Source: an uncultured Candidatus Peribacteria bacterium
GTDB lineage: Bacteria; Patescibacteriota; Gracilibacteria; UBA1369; LOWO2-01-FULL-3
Direction of reading: 5' to 3'
Assembly: GCA_964525485.1 (NCBI GenBank)
Contig: CAZGHH010000003.1
Coordinates: forward strand, 1-55,736
DNA: 55,736 bases
A program made the translations under genes and the position numbers. Below the pieces are notes generated by a model. It was not told the origin of the DNA. It worked only from the letters and a program-made list of their open reading frames with translations, and searched no databases. Position 1 is the stretch's first letter; each line of letters opens with the position of its first letter. Shown here one piece after another: positions 25,929 through 35,816 of the stretch.

Positions 25929-27539
25929 TTATAGTGGAATTTTCTTAAGACGTGATAGTGATTCTTCTTTACCAAGTGCCCATAACATTTCGAAAACTCC
26001 AGGCGAGAATTCTTGGCCTGTGAGTGCTACACGCAGTGGCCAGAGGACTTGGCCGTTTTTTAGGTTGAGGGATTGAATGAGGGAGAGTAATTTTTCTTTT
26101 AAATTTTCCTCAGTCCAGTTGGATTCGTCTACTGTTTCTAGGACTTCGAGTGTTTTTTTAATAGATGATTTTGCGAGTGCTTCATCTACGTTCATTTTCA
26201 CGTTTGTTAGCATTGTCTTGTCGTAGGTCGGAAGGGAAAAGAAGTACGCGATGTTTTCTGTGATCGTTTTTGGGTCTTTTAATATTTTTTCTTCATTCAA
26301 GATTATTGCTTTTTCCAGGAGTAATTTGTTTGCAGATGTCTCACATTTCTTGAGTAAATTTTCGTCTATATATTTGCTGCAAGTTTCTAGTAAATTTTTG
26401 GCTTTTTCTGCGTTGAATTTTTTTTGGTTTTCTATGGTTGAAAATGCATATTTAAATACGTCCGGTTTTGGTTCGGTAATTTCAACTTTCGGATCGATTT
26501 CTTTTGCTGCTTTTTGCATTTTTTCATTGAAGATCTTTTTCTGCCATTTCCAGTTGTACCAATCGAGTTTTTCGATGTTGAATACCGCTCCGGCTTTGTG
26601 GACTCGATCTAATGAGAATTTTTGTTCAAGTTCAGTTAGTGTGTAGATCTCGTTTTCTTCTCCGGCGCCCGGATGCCAGCCCAAAAATGCAGCGAAATTT
26701 ATAATGGATTCTTTGATGTATCCTTTCTTGATGTAATCTTCTACCGCAACGTCGCCCTGACGTTTTGAGAGCTTTGATCGGTCTTCGTTTAGGAGGAGTG
26801 GAATGTGTGCGAATTCAGGAGGATTCCAACCGAACGCTTTGTATAGGAATATATGTTTTGGTGTTGATGGTAGCCATTCTTCGCCGCGAATTACATGGCT
26901 GATTTCCATTAAATGGTCATCTACGACATTTGCGAGGTGGTAAGTCGGGAAGCCGTCGGATTTGATGAGAACTTGGTCGTCGATCGATTTACCTTCGAAC
27001 TGAACGTTTCCACGAATTAGATCTTTAAACTTCAATATTTCATTTGGAATTTTTTGGCGAATTACGTGCGGTTCTCCTGCTTCGGCTCTTTTGCGAGCCT
27101 CTGCAAGAGGGATTTTGCAACACTCTCGATCGTACATTGTCGCTTGTTTCAACGACTCTTGTTTTTTTCGTAGTTCGTCGAGGCGCTCGCGAGTGCAAAA
27201 ACAGTAGTATGCATGGCCTTTTTCTACGAGTTCGTTTGCATATTTTTTATATAGATCGAAACGTTGAGATTGAATGTATGGTCCTGCTTCGCCTTTTTGT
27301 TGGACGGCGCCTTTTTCATCTAAATAAGGACCTTCATCGTTTGTAAGACCGACCCAGTCCAAAGTCTTAATTAAATTCTCAATTGCTCCTTCTACAAATC
27401 TCTCCTGATCAGTGTCTTCTATGCGCAGTAAAAATTTCCCTCCATTTGCCTTTGCAAAAAGATAGCAATAAAGCGCTGTTCGAAGTCCTCCGACGTGAAG
27501 GTAGCCTGTAGGTGATGGTGCAAAGCGTGTTCTGATCAT
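25929..27539 (-). CDS. gltX: glutamate--tRNA ligase
   Basis: 536 aa. HIGH region PSPTGYLHVGGLRTAL; KMSKS region KLSKRQG. Confidence 0.95.
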   Translation of the reverse strand: MIRTRFAPSPTGYLHVGGLRTALYCYLFAKANGGKFLLRIEDTDQERFVEGAIENLIKTLDWVGLTNDEGPYLDEKGAVQQKGEAGPYIQSQRFDLYKKYANELVEKGHAYYCFCTRERLDELRKKQESLKQATMYDRECCKIPLAEARKRAEAGEPHVIRQKIPNEILKFKDLIRGNVQFEGKSIDDQVLIKSDGFPTYHLANVVDDHLMEISHVIRGEEWLPSTPKHIFLYKAFGWNPPEFAHIPLLLNEDRSKLSKRQGDVAVEDYIKKGYIKESIINFAAFLGWHPGAGEENEIYTLTELEQKFSLDRVHKAGAVFNIEKLDWYNWKWQKKIFNEKMQKAAKEIDPKVEITEPKPDVFKYAFSTIENQKKFNAEKAKNLLETCSKYIDENLLKKCETSANKLLLEKAIILNEEKILKDPKTITENIAYFFSLPTYDKTMLTNVKMNVDEALAKSSIKKTLEVLETVDESNWTEENLKEKLLSLIQSLNLKNGQVLWPLRVALTGQEFSPGVFEMLWALGKEESLSRLKKIPL

Positions 27540-27627
27540 ATGTTTTCTTTAAAATCTGCCTTTAAAATCGGGCTTTATGATATCCACTTACTTGATCAGA
27601 ATCAAGGTGTTGATTATAGTTGCTGAC

Positions 27628-28017
27628 ATGAAGCAGTTTCTGAAATATTCTGCCGTTGGTATTGTTGGAACTTTGGTGGATGTGGGGTCCTTGTATGTTT
27701 TTGTTGATTTTGCTGGGCTGCCTGTAGTGCGGGCGTCGATTTTGTCTTTTGCTTTGGCGGTTTTAAATAACTATATTTTTAATAGATTTTGGACTTTTAA
27801 GCATCATAACTCTTTTGGTTGGCATAAAAGATTTCTTAAATTCGTTGCTTTGTCTGTTGTCGGGCTGTGGTTGAACTCTTTTGCCATGTATTTCTTTGTG
27901 CATTCTGTTGGTATTTGGTATGTGTATGCAAAAATCTTGGCTTCGGTGGTCGTGTTTTTGTGGAATTATATTGGTAATAGGTATTGGACGTTTCGTCCTG
28001 AAAAGAAGATTTGGTAG
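27628..28017 (+). CDS. GtrA-family membrane protein
   Basis: ATG at 27628 (MKQFLKYSAVGIVGTLVDVGSLYVFV). Four TM helices and a WTF motif pair typical of GtrA. Confidence 0.8.
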   Translation: MKQFLKYSAVGIVGTLVDVGSLYVFVDFAGLPVVRASILSFALAVLNNYIFNRFWTFKHHNSFGWHKRFLKFVALSVVGLWLNSFAMYFFVHSVGIWYVYAKILASVVVFLWNYIGNRYWTFRPEKKIW

Positions 28018-28120
28018 ATTTTCAGCTAATTTGTTGTTTGGTTTATTCCAGGTTGCCAGATTCGCTCTTCTTGGATATATTTATGTACGTTGAATTTTCA
28101 CCCCTCTTATTAATATACCT

Positions 28121-30442
28121 ATGGAAAATAGACTTCTATATAGAAGGCTAAAAGCTACCAGACGAAGGAGTAGAATCGCGGTTTTCAAATCAACTGCGAA
28201 AAGGAGAAGAAAGGCGTCTATTTCGATAAAGGTGAAAAAACATGTGGCTAGAGAGATCTGGGCCGTATCGATGCTTGTTTTTACTGCGGTTACGGTACTT
28301 AGTTTGCAGGGGGCTTTCGGAATCGTGGGAGATATATGGGTGGGCTTGCTCAAGCCGATAATTGGATGGGGAATTTATATAATTCCTGCTCTTTTTGCGA
28401 TTGCCGGGTTTATGATTTTTGTTTCGAAGAAAGTGACTTTTGGGACGAGTAGAATTTTTGGAATGGTGTTGTTTATGATCGCTGTTCTTGGGATCTTGCA
28501 TATGTCTGTGCCGATCGAAAGTATTTTGGAATACGCGAAGACAGGCAGTCATGGAGGATATGTTGGGTTCGTGACGAATTTTTTGCTTAGAGAGGTTTTG
28601 AGTATAGGAAATATAGGTACTGGAACTGTGTTTATTGGAATATTATTAATTTCTGTTCTTCTTACTTTTGAGGTTTCGTTAAAAGATATATTTAAAGGAA
28701 TGATGCCTAAAATCTCGATAGAAATTGAAAAAGAAGGAAAAGGATCTAAAAGAAAAGTCGTAGAGGAAGAAGATGATGAGCCTGGAATTCTCGGAAGAAT
28801 TTTTAGTAAAAAAGGAGCTGAGCCTGAATTGATGATAAGAAGGGCTATAAATGTGGAAACCGGCGAAGATGAAGCTGAAGATCCGGACAAAGAAGCTCGC
28901 GAAAAAATCGCCGCTAAATTAGCTGGGGATAAAAATGAAAAAGCTGAAAATGCTGCGGAAATGGCGGAGGCGGACAAAGAGGCCGAAGCTCTTGCCTTGG
29001 CCAAGAAGAAAGAAATGGAAAATGCTGAAGATATGATTGAATGGGAATATCCGTCGTTGGATTTGTTAAATTCCGAGAAGATAAAAATTCATGCCGACGA
29101 TAATTTCTTAAAAGATAATGCTGAAAAAATTAAAGCAAAACTGGAGCAATTTGGGATCGATGTCGTGATGCACGAGGTAAATGTAGGGCCGACAGTTATT
29201 CAATATACCTTGAAGCCTGATGAAGCCGTGAAGTTGTCGAAAATTACGACTTTGAAAAATGATATTGCGATGGCGTTGGCCGCGAAGGCGATTCGTATCG
29301 AAGCTCCGATTCCTGGGAAGAGTTTGGTCGGTATCGAAGTGCCGAATGATCATCGTGCGAATGTGCATTTACGTGAAATTCTTGAGAGTGATGCTTTTGA
29401 TATGGTGAATTCGAAATTACGATTGCCACTCGGACGTGATGTTGCCGGAAATCCTATAGTTGCGGATCTTGAGAGTATGCCTCATTTACTTATTGCTGGT
29501 GCGACTGGTAGTGGTAAGTCGGTTTGTATGAACGCATTTTTGCTTTCACTTTTGTATCAAAACACTCCTGAGGAATTGAAGATGATTTTGATCGATCCGA
29601 AGAGAGTTGAGTTGGCCTACTATAATGCTATTCCGTATTTGTTGACGCCTGTAATTAAAGAGCCGGATAAGGCTGCAATCAGTTTGCGTTGGGTCGTAGC
29701 TGAGATGACTCGTAGATATCAAGTTTTGAGTGAGGCCCGACATAGAAATATCATTGAATATAATGCTGATGATAAGGTCCCAAACAAGCTTCCGAAAATA
29801 GTTGTTGTGATAGATGAATTGGCTGATCTTATGATGGCTTCCGGAAAAGAAGTAGAGGCTTCCATCTGTAGAATCGCTCAGATGGCGCGTGCTGTCGGAA
29901 TTCATTTGATCGTTGCTACACAGAGACCTTCGGTCGATGTAATCACCGGTTTAATCAAGGCAAATATCCCTGCGCGTATTGCTTTCGCTGTTTCTTCATC
30001 TATCGATTCGCGCACGATTTTGGACGGAATCGGTGCTGAGGATTTGCTAGGGAAAGGTGATATGTTGTATTTGCCGAGCGGTATGGGTAAGCCATTCCGT
30101 ATTCAGGGTGTTTTTACTTCTACGAAGGAGATTGAGAAGGTGACGAACTCTGTTAAATTAACAAATGAGCCTATTTATAATGACGACATTACTTCTCCGG
30201 AAACAGCTTCAAAGAAGTTAGTTGGTGTGCCGAATTCAAAGGCCGGGGTGAGCGATGATTCGATGTATGAAGAAGCTTATAAACTGGTAATTGAAACCAA
30301 AAAAGCCTCGGCTTCTTTGCTTCAAAGACGATTGAAATTAGGCTATGCAAGAGCGGCTAGATTGATAGATCTTCTCGAACAAAATGGGGTGATTGGACCG
30401 CAGGATGGAGCGAAGCCGAGAAAGATAAATGTCCAAGAATAG
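28121..30442 (+). CDS. ftsK: DNA translocase FtsK/SpoIIIE
   Basis: 773 aa. N-terminal TM helices and an acidic/Ala-rich linker. Walker A LLIAGATGSGKSVCMN; Walker B VVVIDELADL. Gamma winged helix ASASLLQRRLKLGYARAARLIDLLE. Confidence 0.95.
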   Translation: MENRLLYRRLKATRRRSRIAVFKSTAKRRRKASISIKVKKHVAREIWAVSMLVFTAVTVLSLQGAFGIVGDIWVGLLKPIIGWGIYIIPALFAIAGFMIFVSKKVTFGTSRIFGMVLFMIAVLGILHMSVPIESILEYAKTGSHGGYVGFVTNFLLREVLSIGNIGTGTVFIGILLISVLLTFEVSLKDIFKGMMPKISIEIEKEGKGSKRKVVEEEDDEPGILGRIFSKKGAEPELMIRRAINVETGEDEAEDPDKEAREKIAAKLAGDKNEKAENAAEMAEADKEAEALALAKKKEMENAEDMIEWEYPSLDLLNSEKIKIHADDNFLKDNAEKIKAKLEQFGIDVVMHEVNVGPTVIQYTLKPDEAVKLSKITTLKNDIAMALAAKAIRIEAPIPGKSLVGIEVPNDHRANVHLREILESDAFDMVNSKLRLPLGRDVAGNPIVADLESMPHLLIAGATGSGKSVCMNAFLLSLLYQNTPEELKMILIDPKRVELAYYNAIPYLLTPVIKEPDKAAISLRWVVAEMTRRYQVLSEARHRNIIEYNADDKVPNKLPKIVVVIDELADLMMASGKEVEASICRIAQMARAVGIHLIVATQRPSVDVITGLIKANIPARIAFAVSSSIDSRTILDGIGAEDLLGKGDMLYLPSGMGKPFRIQGVFTSTKEIEKVTNSVKLTNEPIYNDDITSPETASKKLVGVPNSKAGVSDDSMYEEAYKLVIETKKASASLLQRRLKLGYARAARLIDLLEQNGVIGPQDGAKPRKINVQE

Positions 30443-30463
30443 CGGTTTTATATTCGACTTTAT

Positions 30464-30760
30464 CTATATTTCTATTGTGGAGATTTTTACTATAAAGACG
30501 ATATAGGAGATGACTAACATTGCCGTCATTATTGAAAGTCCCCATATGAGCATTCTTGTTTTGCTGTTTGAAGTTGTTTTTTTGAATCCGAAATAAATGA
30601 CTGGGATGCTCAGTAATAACCCAAGATAAATTCCGTATATATTGAGATGTTTGATGCCTACTGAAAACACAAGACTAGTCAGCATTACTCCTACGAGAAT
30701 GAAGGTTGTTCTTGAAAGTATTGAAAGTTTTGCCGGATTTTTTTGAATGCGAATTTCCAT
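30464..30760 (-). CDS. small integral membrane protein (3 TM helices), unknown function
   Basis: 98 aa and hydrophobic throughout; no motif recognised. Confidence 0.5.
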   Translation of the reverse strand: MEIRIQKNPAKLSILSRTTFILVGVMLTSLVFSVGIKHLNIYGIYLGLLLSIPVIYFGFKKTTSNSKTRMLIWGLSIMTAMLVISYIVFIVKISTIEI

Positions 30761-30813
30761 TTTTGCAATTGTTGTGGACTTGAATGACGATTTAGCTGTT
30801 TTTTTTGATGATG

Positions 30814-31617
30814 TTACTTGAAATATTCTACTGCGTTGCGGAATATTTTTAAACCTTCACCTTCACTCGGAAGTTGTTTGCCTTCTCGTGTGAGACGGTC
30901 TTTTTCTAATGTCCAAGTCGGGTGATTGATAAATGAATGGTAACGCTCCGGGTGTGGCATGAGGCCAAACAGACGGCCACTTGGGTCGGTGATGGCGGCG
31001 ATGTCTTCTAGTGCGCCGTTCGGGCTATATGGGAATTCTCCATTTGCCGGAGTTCCGTCTTTTTTAACATATTTGAATACGATCTGGTCGTTTTCGCGCA
31101 TTTCTGTAAGGACTTCTGGTTCTGCATAAAAATTACCTTCACCATGTGCGACAGGGAGAAGTATCGTATCTATATCGCGAGTCCATACACATTTCTTTGA
31201 TGTGTTTTTTACGTGGATCCATCTGCATTCGTATCTCGCTGTATTGTTCCACATGAGTACGACTTCGCGTTTGCCGTATTGGTTGCGAGTCGCTGGTACT
31301 AGGCCGAGATTCGTGATCATTTGGAAACCATTGCAAATGCCTATCGCGAGCTTGTCTTCTTGTGCGAATGAGAGTATTTGGTCGTTTAAATGATTTCTTA
31401 TTCTGTTTGAAAGTGCGTTTCCGGCCCCAGTGTCATCTCCATATGAAAATCCTCCCGGGATTGCGAAAATTTGGTAGTCAGACATTTTTTTGTATCCGTC
31501 GATCAAGTCGTTGATGTGTACTATTTCAGCTTGGCCACCGACTTTATTAAAAACATAAGCGATTTCTTCTTCGCAATTTATTCCATATCCTGTGATGACG
31601 AGAACTTTTGGGTGCAT
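30814..31617 (-). CDS. purQ: phosphoribosylformylglycinamidine synthase, glutaminase subunit
   Basis: 267 aa. Motifs GGFSYGDDTGAG, nucleophile GICNGFQ and MPHPER. The start overlaps the purL stop (TAATG). Confidence 0.9.
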   Translation of the reverse strand: MHPKVLVITGYGINCEEEIAYVFNKVGGQAEIVHINDLIDGYKKMSDYQIFAIPGGFSYGDDTGAGNALSNRIRNHLNDQILSFAQEDKLAIGICNGFQMITNLGLVPATRNQYGKREVVLMWNNTARYECRWIHVKNTSKKCVWTRDIDTILLPVAHGEGNFYAEPEVLTEMRENDQIVFKYVKKDGTPANGEFPYSPNGALEDIAAITDPSGRLFGLMPHPERYHSFINHPTWTLEKDRLTREGKQLPSEGEGLKIFRNAVEYFK

Positions 31618-34600
31618 TAGTAATTTTTAAATGGCTTTCTGTATGATTCTTCCAATTCTTGTATGCTTAAATTTGCGATATTTTCTTCTCCTTTGCGGAT
31701 AATTAAACTGGGACCTGCTATGACTTGGCCGATGAGGCCTGCTTCGTTTGAATTTAGGAATGGGGCGAAAAATTCTTCAAATTTTTCTCTTTTTGATGGG
31801 TTTATTGTGACGAGAATTCTGCTTTGTGTCTCGGAGTAGAGTAATGTGTCCGGCGTCAAAGGTCCATCGGTTGGAATTCTCTCAAGGTCTATTTCAAGCC
31901 CTAATTGGCCAGCTATTGATTTTTTCGCCAATGCAACTCCGAGACCTCCGAGCGAGATGCTAAATGATGAAGCTATCAATTCTTCATTTATTGCGTCGCG
32001 GAATATGCGATACAATTTTTTGGCTTTGGCCGAATCTACTTGAGGCACGTTGCCTCCTATAAAATTTTTGTCGATTGATGAGTAATATTCACTTCCGCCT
32101 AATTCATCTTTTGTTTGACCTAGTATGTAAATTAAATCGCCTTCGTTTTTTGGATCGATCGTCACTGCTTTACTGATATCTTCGACGACTGATAATGAAG
32201 AGATGAGTAATGTTGGTGGGATTGAAATTTTTATCGGGTTTCCGTTTTTGTCGTAACCTTTGAAATCATTGAACATTGAATCTTTCCCCGAAATAAAAGG
32301 TGTTCCATATTCAACAGCGTAGTCGTAACATGCTTGAACGGCAGATTTTAATTGTCCTAAGCGTTCTTCTTCATCCGAACTGCACCAGCAGAAATTATCC
32401 ATCAATGCCATGTAGTCTATGTCCGCGCCGAGTGCAACTGCGTTGCGGATTGCCGTATCGATTGCGCATGCTGACATGTGATATGTATCTAAACTTGAGT
32501 ATCTTGGGTTAATTCCTTGTGACATTATAATTCCGCGTTTGCTTCCTAAGACTGGAGTGACTGCTGAAGCTGTGCCGTTGACTTGGCCTTTTCCCTGAAG
32601 AGGATAAACCGCGGTCATGGCTTGGACCATGTGATCGTATTGATGTGATATATAGTCGTATCCGCAAATATTTTTGCGAGATAATATTTTTGGTAATGAA
32701 ACTTTTATGTGTTCGCTAGTGAAATGTGGATCTTCGAGTTTCGGCTTTGTGTAGAGTGTATTTAAGTGTTTCTTTGGAAGACCTTCGTGCAAGAATTCAA
32801 GGTCGATATCCATTATTGTTTTGTCGTGCATTTTGACTATGCATCGGCCCGAGTTGTTAAATTTTCCTACGACAGTCGCTTCGACTCCGCGGCGTCGCAA
32901 TGTGTCGAAAAGTTTTTCCACATTTGCTTCAGGGACTGATAATGTCATGCGTTCTTGAGATTCTGAAATCCATATTTTCCATGGTTCGAGATTTGGGTAT
33001 TTTAATGGAACTTTGTCTAGCCATATTTCACATCCTCCGCATTCGCGTGCCATTTCTGAGATAGAGCATGAGATGCCTCCTGCTCCGCAGTCCGTGATGG
33101 AACTATATAATTCTTGTTGTCGAATTTCTTTTACGATAGCGTCGGATGCTTTTTTCTGCGTGATCGGATCGCCAATTTGTACAGCTGTAGCAGGTGAGCC
33201 TTCGTCTAGAGCTTCTGATGAGAATGTTGCTCCGTGAATTCCGTCTTGTCCTACGCGTCCGCCGAGTACGACGATTGCGTCGCCAGATTTAGCTTCTTTT
33301 TCCCAGCTTGGTTTGCCATTTATATACTTTGGAATTAGTCCTACAGTTCCTACGAATACCAAAGGTTTTCCTTTGTATCTATCGTCAAAATATTGCCAGC
33401 CTTGTGTGGTCGGGATGCCTGAACAGTTGCCTCCTGCGTTTACTCCGGCGACAACGCCGTTTATTATTTTGCGTGGAAGTAGTGCTGGATTGTTTAGCTT
33501 GCTGTCTCGGTAAATAGGCTCTTTGTCATCCGGATCCGCGAAGCAGAATCCGTATTTATTTACTATTGGTTTTGCTCCTTTTCCGAATCCGATTGTGTCA
33601 CGATTTACTCCAACTATACCTGTTATAGCGCCTCCAAACGGGTCTAGTGCGGAAGGTGAATTGTGTGTCTCAGCTTTGTCTGTGATTACCCAGTTTTCAT
33701 CGAAAATAATTCCGCCGGAATTGTCTTTAAATACCGAAACACAGAAATCTTTTTCTCCTTTTTGTGCACGGATCAAGTTTGTGGCTTTCTTAATTAATCC
33801 CTTATATAAGCCGTCTGGAAGTCTTTCGCTTGTTTCGGATGCGTTTTCATCCAGTCCTGCGGCGAAGATCGTGTGTTTGCAGTGTTCAGACCACGTCTGT
33901 GCGATTGATTCTAATTCAATGTCGTTTGGAATGCGACCTTCTTTTTTGTAATAATCACGAATTGTGTGTAAGTAGTCCAAATCCAGTGCGAGAGGTCCTC
34001 TGAATGTACCGTCCGTATTCTTGATGCCTTTTTTCCCAAGTTCAACAAGCTCTTCATCCGTCATTGAAAATATATCTATAGGAGTTACTTCAACGCCTTC
34101 TTGTAAATGTACGCGTGGTACTGTGATTCCCATGCCTTTATCCGAAATATATTTATCGTGTGATTTAATTTTTGCGTATTCAATCAGATTATTATAGAGA
34201 GATTCTGCAATTATTTGTGCATCAGTTTCTTTTAAAACTGGCCCGAAGTCGTTTTCTGCGCCTTTAATTAAAAGTAGGGTAGAGGAATAAACTCCCTCAT
34301 GTTCCAGATCTAATTTCGTTTTCAATAAATCTTCAATGGTTTCGCGTGCTGTAGTCCCGACGTTGTCTGTAACTCCTGGCAAGAATCCAACTTCGATCGC
34401 GAAATCGAAAGGAGTCTCTGTCTCTGGTGTGTCAATGTTGTATCTTTGAGAAACAGTATTTGCCAGCGCATTTGCAATTGATTCCAGTTCATTCTGAGTA
34501 AGTCTCTTTTCAACCGTGTATATCTCGAGTACTTTGCAGCTTTCAACCTTTTCAGAGAGGCCCAGTGCTTTGATTTTTTTGAGCCTAACTAAAGAGCGCA

Positions 34601-34652
34601 TGTCGTTAACTATAGTTTTTATTTCGATTCTGTGCGCTTTTGTTTGATCCAT
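31617..34652 (-). CDS. purL: phosphoribosylformylglycinamidine synthase, synthetase subunit with fused PurS-like N-terminal and linker domains
   Basis: 1011 aa. PurS-like N-terminus (..LANTVSQRYNID). Large-PurL-like AQTWSEHCKHTIFAA and AETHNSPSALDPFGGA. Duplicated AIR-synthase-like domains. Confidence 0.9.
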   Translation of the reverse strand: MDQTKAHRIEIKTIVNDMRSLVRLKKIKALGLSEKVESCKVLEIYTVEKRLTQNELESIANALANTVSQRYNIDTPETETPFDFAIEVGFLPGVTDNVGTTARETIEDLLKTKLDLEHEGVYSSTLLLIKGAENDFGPVLKETDAQIIAESLYNNLIEYAKIKSHDKYISDKGMGITVPRVHLQEGVEVTPIDIFSMTDEELVELGKKGIKNTDGTFRGPLALDLDYLHTIRDYYKKEGRIPNDIELESIAQTWSEHCKHTIFAAGLDENASETSERLPDGLYKGLIKKATNLIRAQKGEKDFCVSVFKDNSGGIIFDENWVITDKAETHNSPSALDPFGGAITGIVGVNRDTIGFGKGAKPIVNKYGFCFADPDDKEPIYRDSKLNNPALLPRKIINGVVAGVNAGGNCSGIPTTQGWQYFDDRYKGKPLVFVGTVGLIPKYINGKPSWEKEAKSGDAIVVLGGRVGQDGIHGATFSSEALDEGSPATAVQIGDPITQKKASDAIVKEIRQQELYSSITDCGAGGISCSISEMARECGGCEIWLDKVPLKYPNLEPWKIWISESQERMTLSVPEANVEKLFDTLRRRGVEATVVGKFNNSGRCIVKMHDKTIMDIDLEFLHEGLPKKHLNTLYTKPKLEDPHFTSEHIKVSLPKILSRKNICGYDYISHQYDHMVQAMTAVYPLQGKGQVNGTASAVTPVLGSKRGIIMSQGINPRYSSLDTYHMSACAIDTAIRNAVALGADIDYMALMDNFCWCSSDEEERLGQLKSAVQACYDYAVEYGTPFISGKDSMFNDFKGYDKNGNPIKISIPPTLLISSLSVVEDISKAVTIDPKNEGDLIYILGQTKDELGGSEYYSSIDKNFIGGNVPQVDSAKAKKLYRIFRDAINEELIASSFSISLGGLGVALAKKSIAGQLGLEIDLERIPTDGPLTPDTLLYSETQSRILVTINPSKREKFEEFFAPFLNSNEAGLIGQVIAGPSLIIRKGEENIANLSIQELEESYRKPFKNY

Positions 34653-34715
34653 GGCTCAAATATAAGGATTTTCAGAGAAAAATCCAGAGAAAATTCCAAG
34701 TTTTCATCCCAAAAA

Positions 34716-35756
34716 TTAATATCCCAACAGAACTGATAATAGTTTGGCAAGAACTTTTTCCTCTACCGGAAGTTTATCTAATTCTTTGTTGTATCTTTTT
34801 TCTTCAACACTTTTGTCCATATATGGCTGAAGAATCTTCATCATTATTTCTGCGAATACCTGGTATAGTCTTGAATCGTACTTTTCTTCTTTTAATTTAC
34901 CTAATTTTCGAATTGCGTTCTGATCGGGTTCTCTGCCGAGTTTTTTTGCCAGATCTCTGTTTGCGCAAAGAGTCATTTCTGTGAGTCCGGCCATTGTAAG
35001 TTCGTATAAAAATACCCATAGTGCTCCCGTTCTCGGATCATCGAGTTCCAATGCTCCTATGTCTATTAATTTTACGATGGGCCTGTCTTCTTCTTCGCCT
35101 TGGTGACGGACAAGATTGTTTACTTTGATTAAGTCGGCTCTTATCAGTGGCCTGATTCTGTTTCTAATAGGGTCTGGGAGGAATTCAATTATGTGAAGGA
35201 GTATTGCAGGTGGGATTGAATTTATCACATTTATCATCGCTTCCATTCCAAAAGGATCGAGTCCCAAATCTCTCTTTTTCGCCATTTCATGAGATTGAAG
35301 GATTATATTAATAACTTGATTTATTGTGTCTTGGCCCTTTTCTTCATCTGTTAACATTGAGTAGTCTACTGTGCATTCGGATATATTTTCTATGAATGGG
35401 CTGACCTGGACGTTTTTTCGCACTCTTGTTCTTCCGCTTCGTCCATCTACCAATACTGCTTTCTCGTGTAATTCTACAGGTAAATGTGGGATTTTTTCAT
35501 TATCCATGGCGTCTCTGCATCTCTGTGCAATATCTTTTCTGTATCTCCAAATAACTGATAGTAACGGTATTTTGACTACCGACGGTTCTCCTTCGGTTAC
35601 CGTGCCATCATTATTGACGATTTGTTCTACTGAAGGGCGGACTTTGTTTTCCATTCCAATTCCTATAATTTTTCCCGTTTTCAAAACTGGCGGAAGTTTT
35701 GGATAATCTTCGCTTTTTGGATCTTCTTTATGTTGTTGTTGAGTTTTTAATCTCAT
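34716..35756 (-). CDS. hypothetical protein, no recognisable family
   Basis: 346-aa clean ORF, soluble, with no motif I can place. Confidence 0.55.
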   Translation of the reverse strand: MRLKTQQQHKEDPKSEDYPKLPPVLKTGKIIGIGMENKVRPSVEQIVNNDGTVTEGEPSVVKIPLLSVIWRYRKDIAQRCRDAMDNEKIPHLPVELHEKAVLVDGRSGRTRVRKNVQVSPFIENISECTVDYSMLTDEEKGQDTINQVINIILQSHEMAKKRDLGLDPFGMEAMINVINSIPPAILLHIIEFLPDPIRNRIRPLIRADLIKVNNLVRHQGEEEDRPIVKLIDIGALELDDPRTGALWVFLYELTMAGLTEMTLCANRDLAKKLGREPDQNAIRKLGKLKEEKYDSRLYQVFAEIMMKILQPYMDKSVEEKRYNKELDKLPVEEKVLAKLLSVLLGY

Positions 35757-35816
35757 ATTTAAATTACTTGGCGTAGCATATTGATACTCGAAACTTCCAA
35801 AGTCAAATTGAATCTT

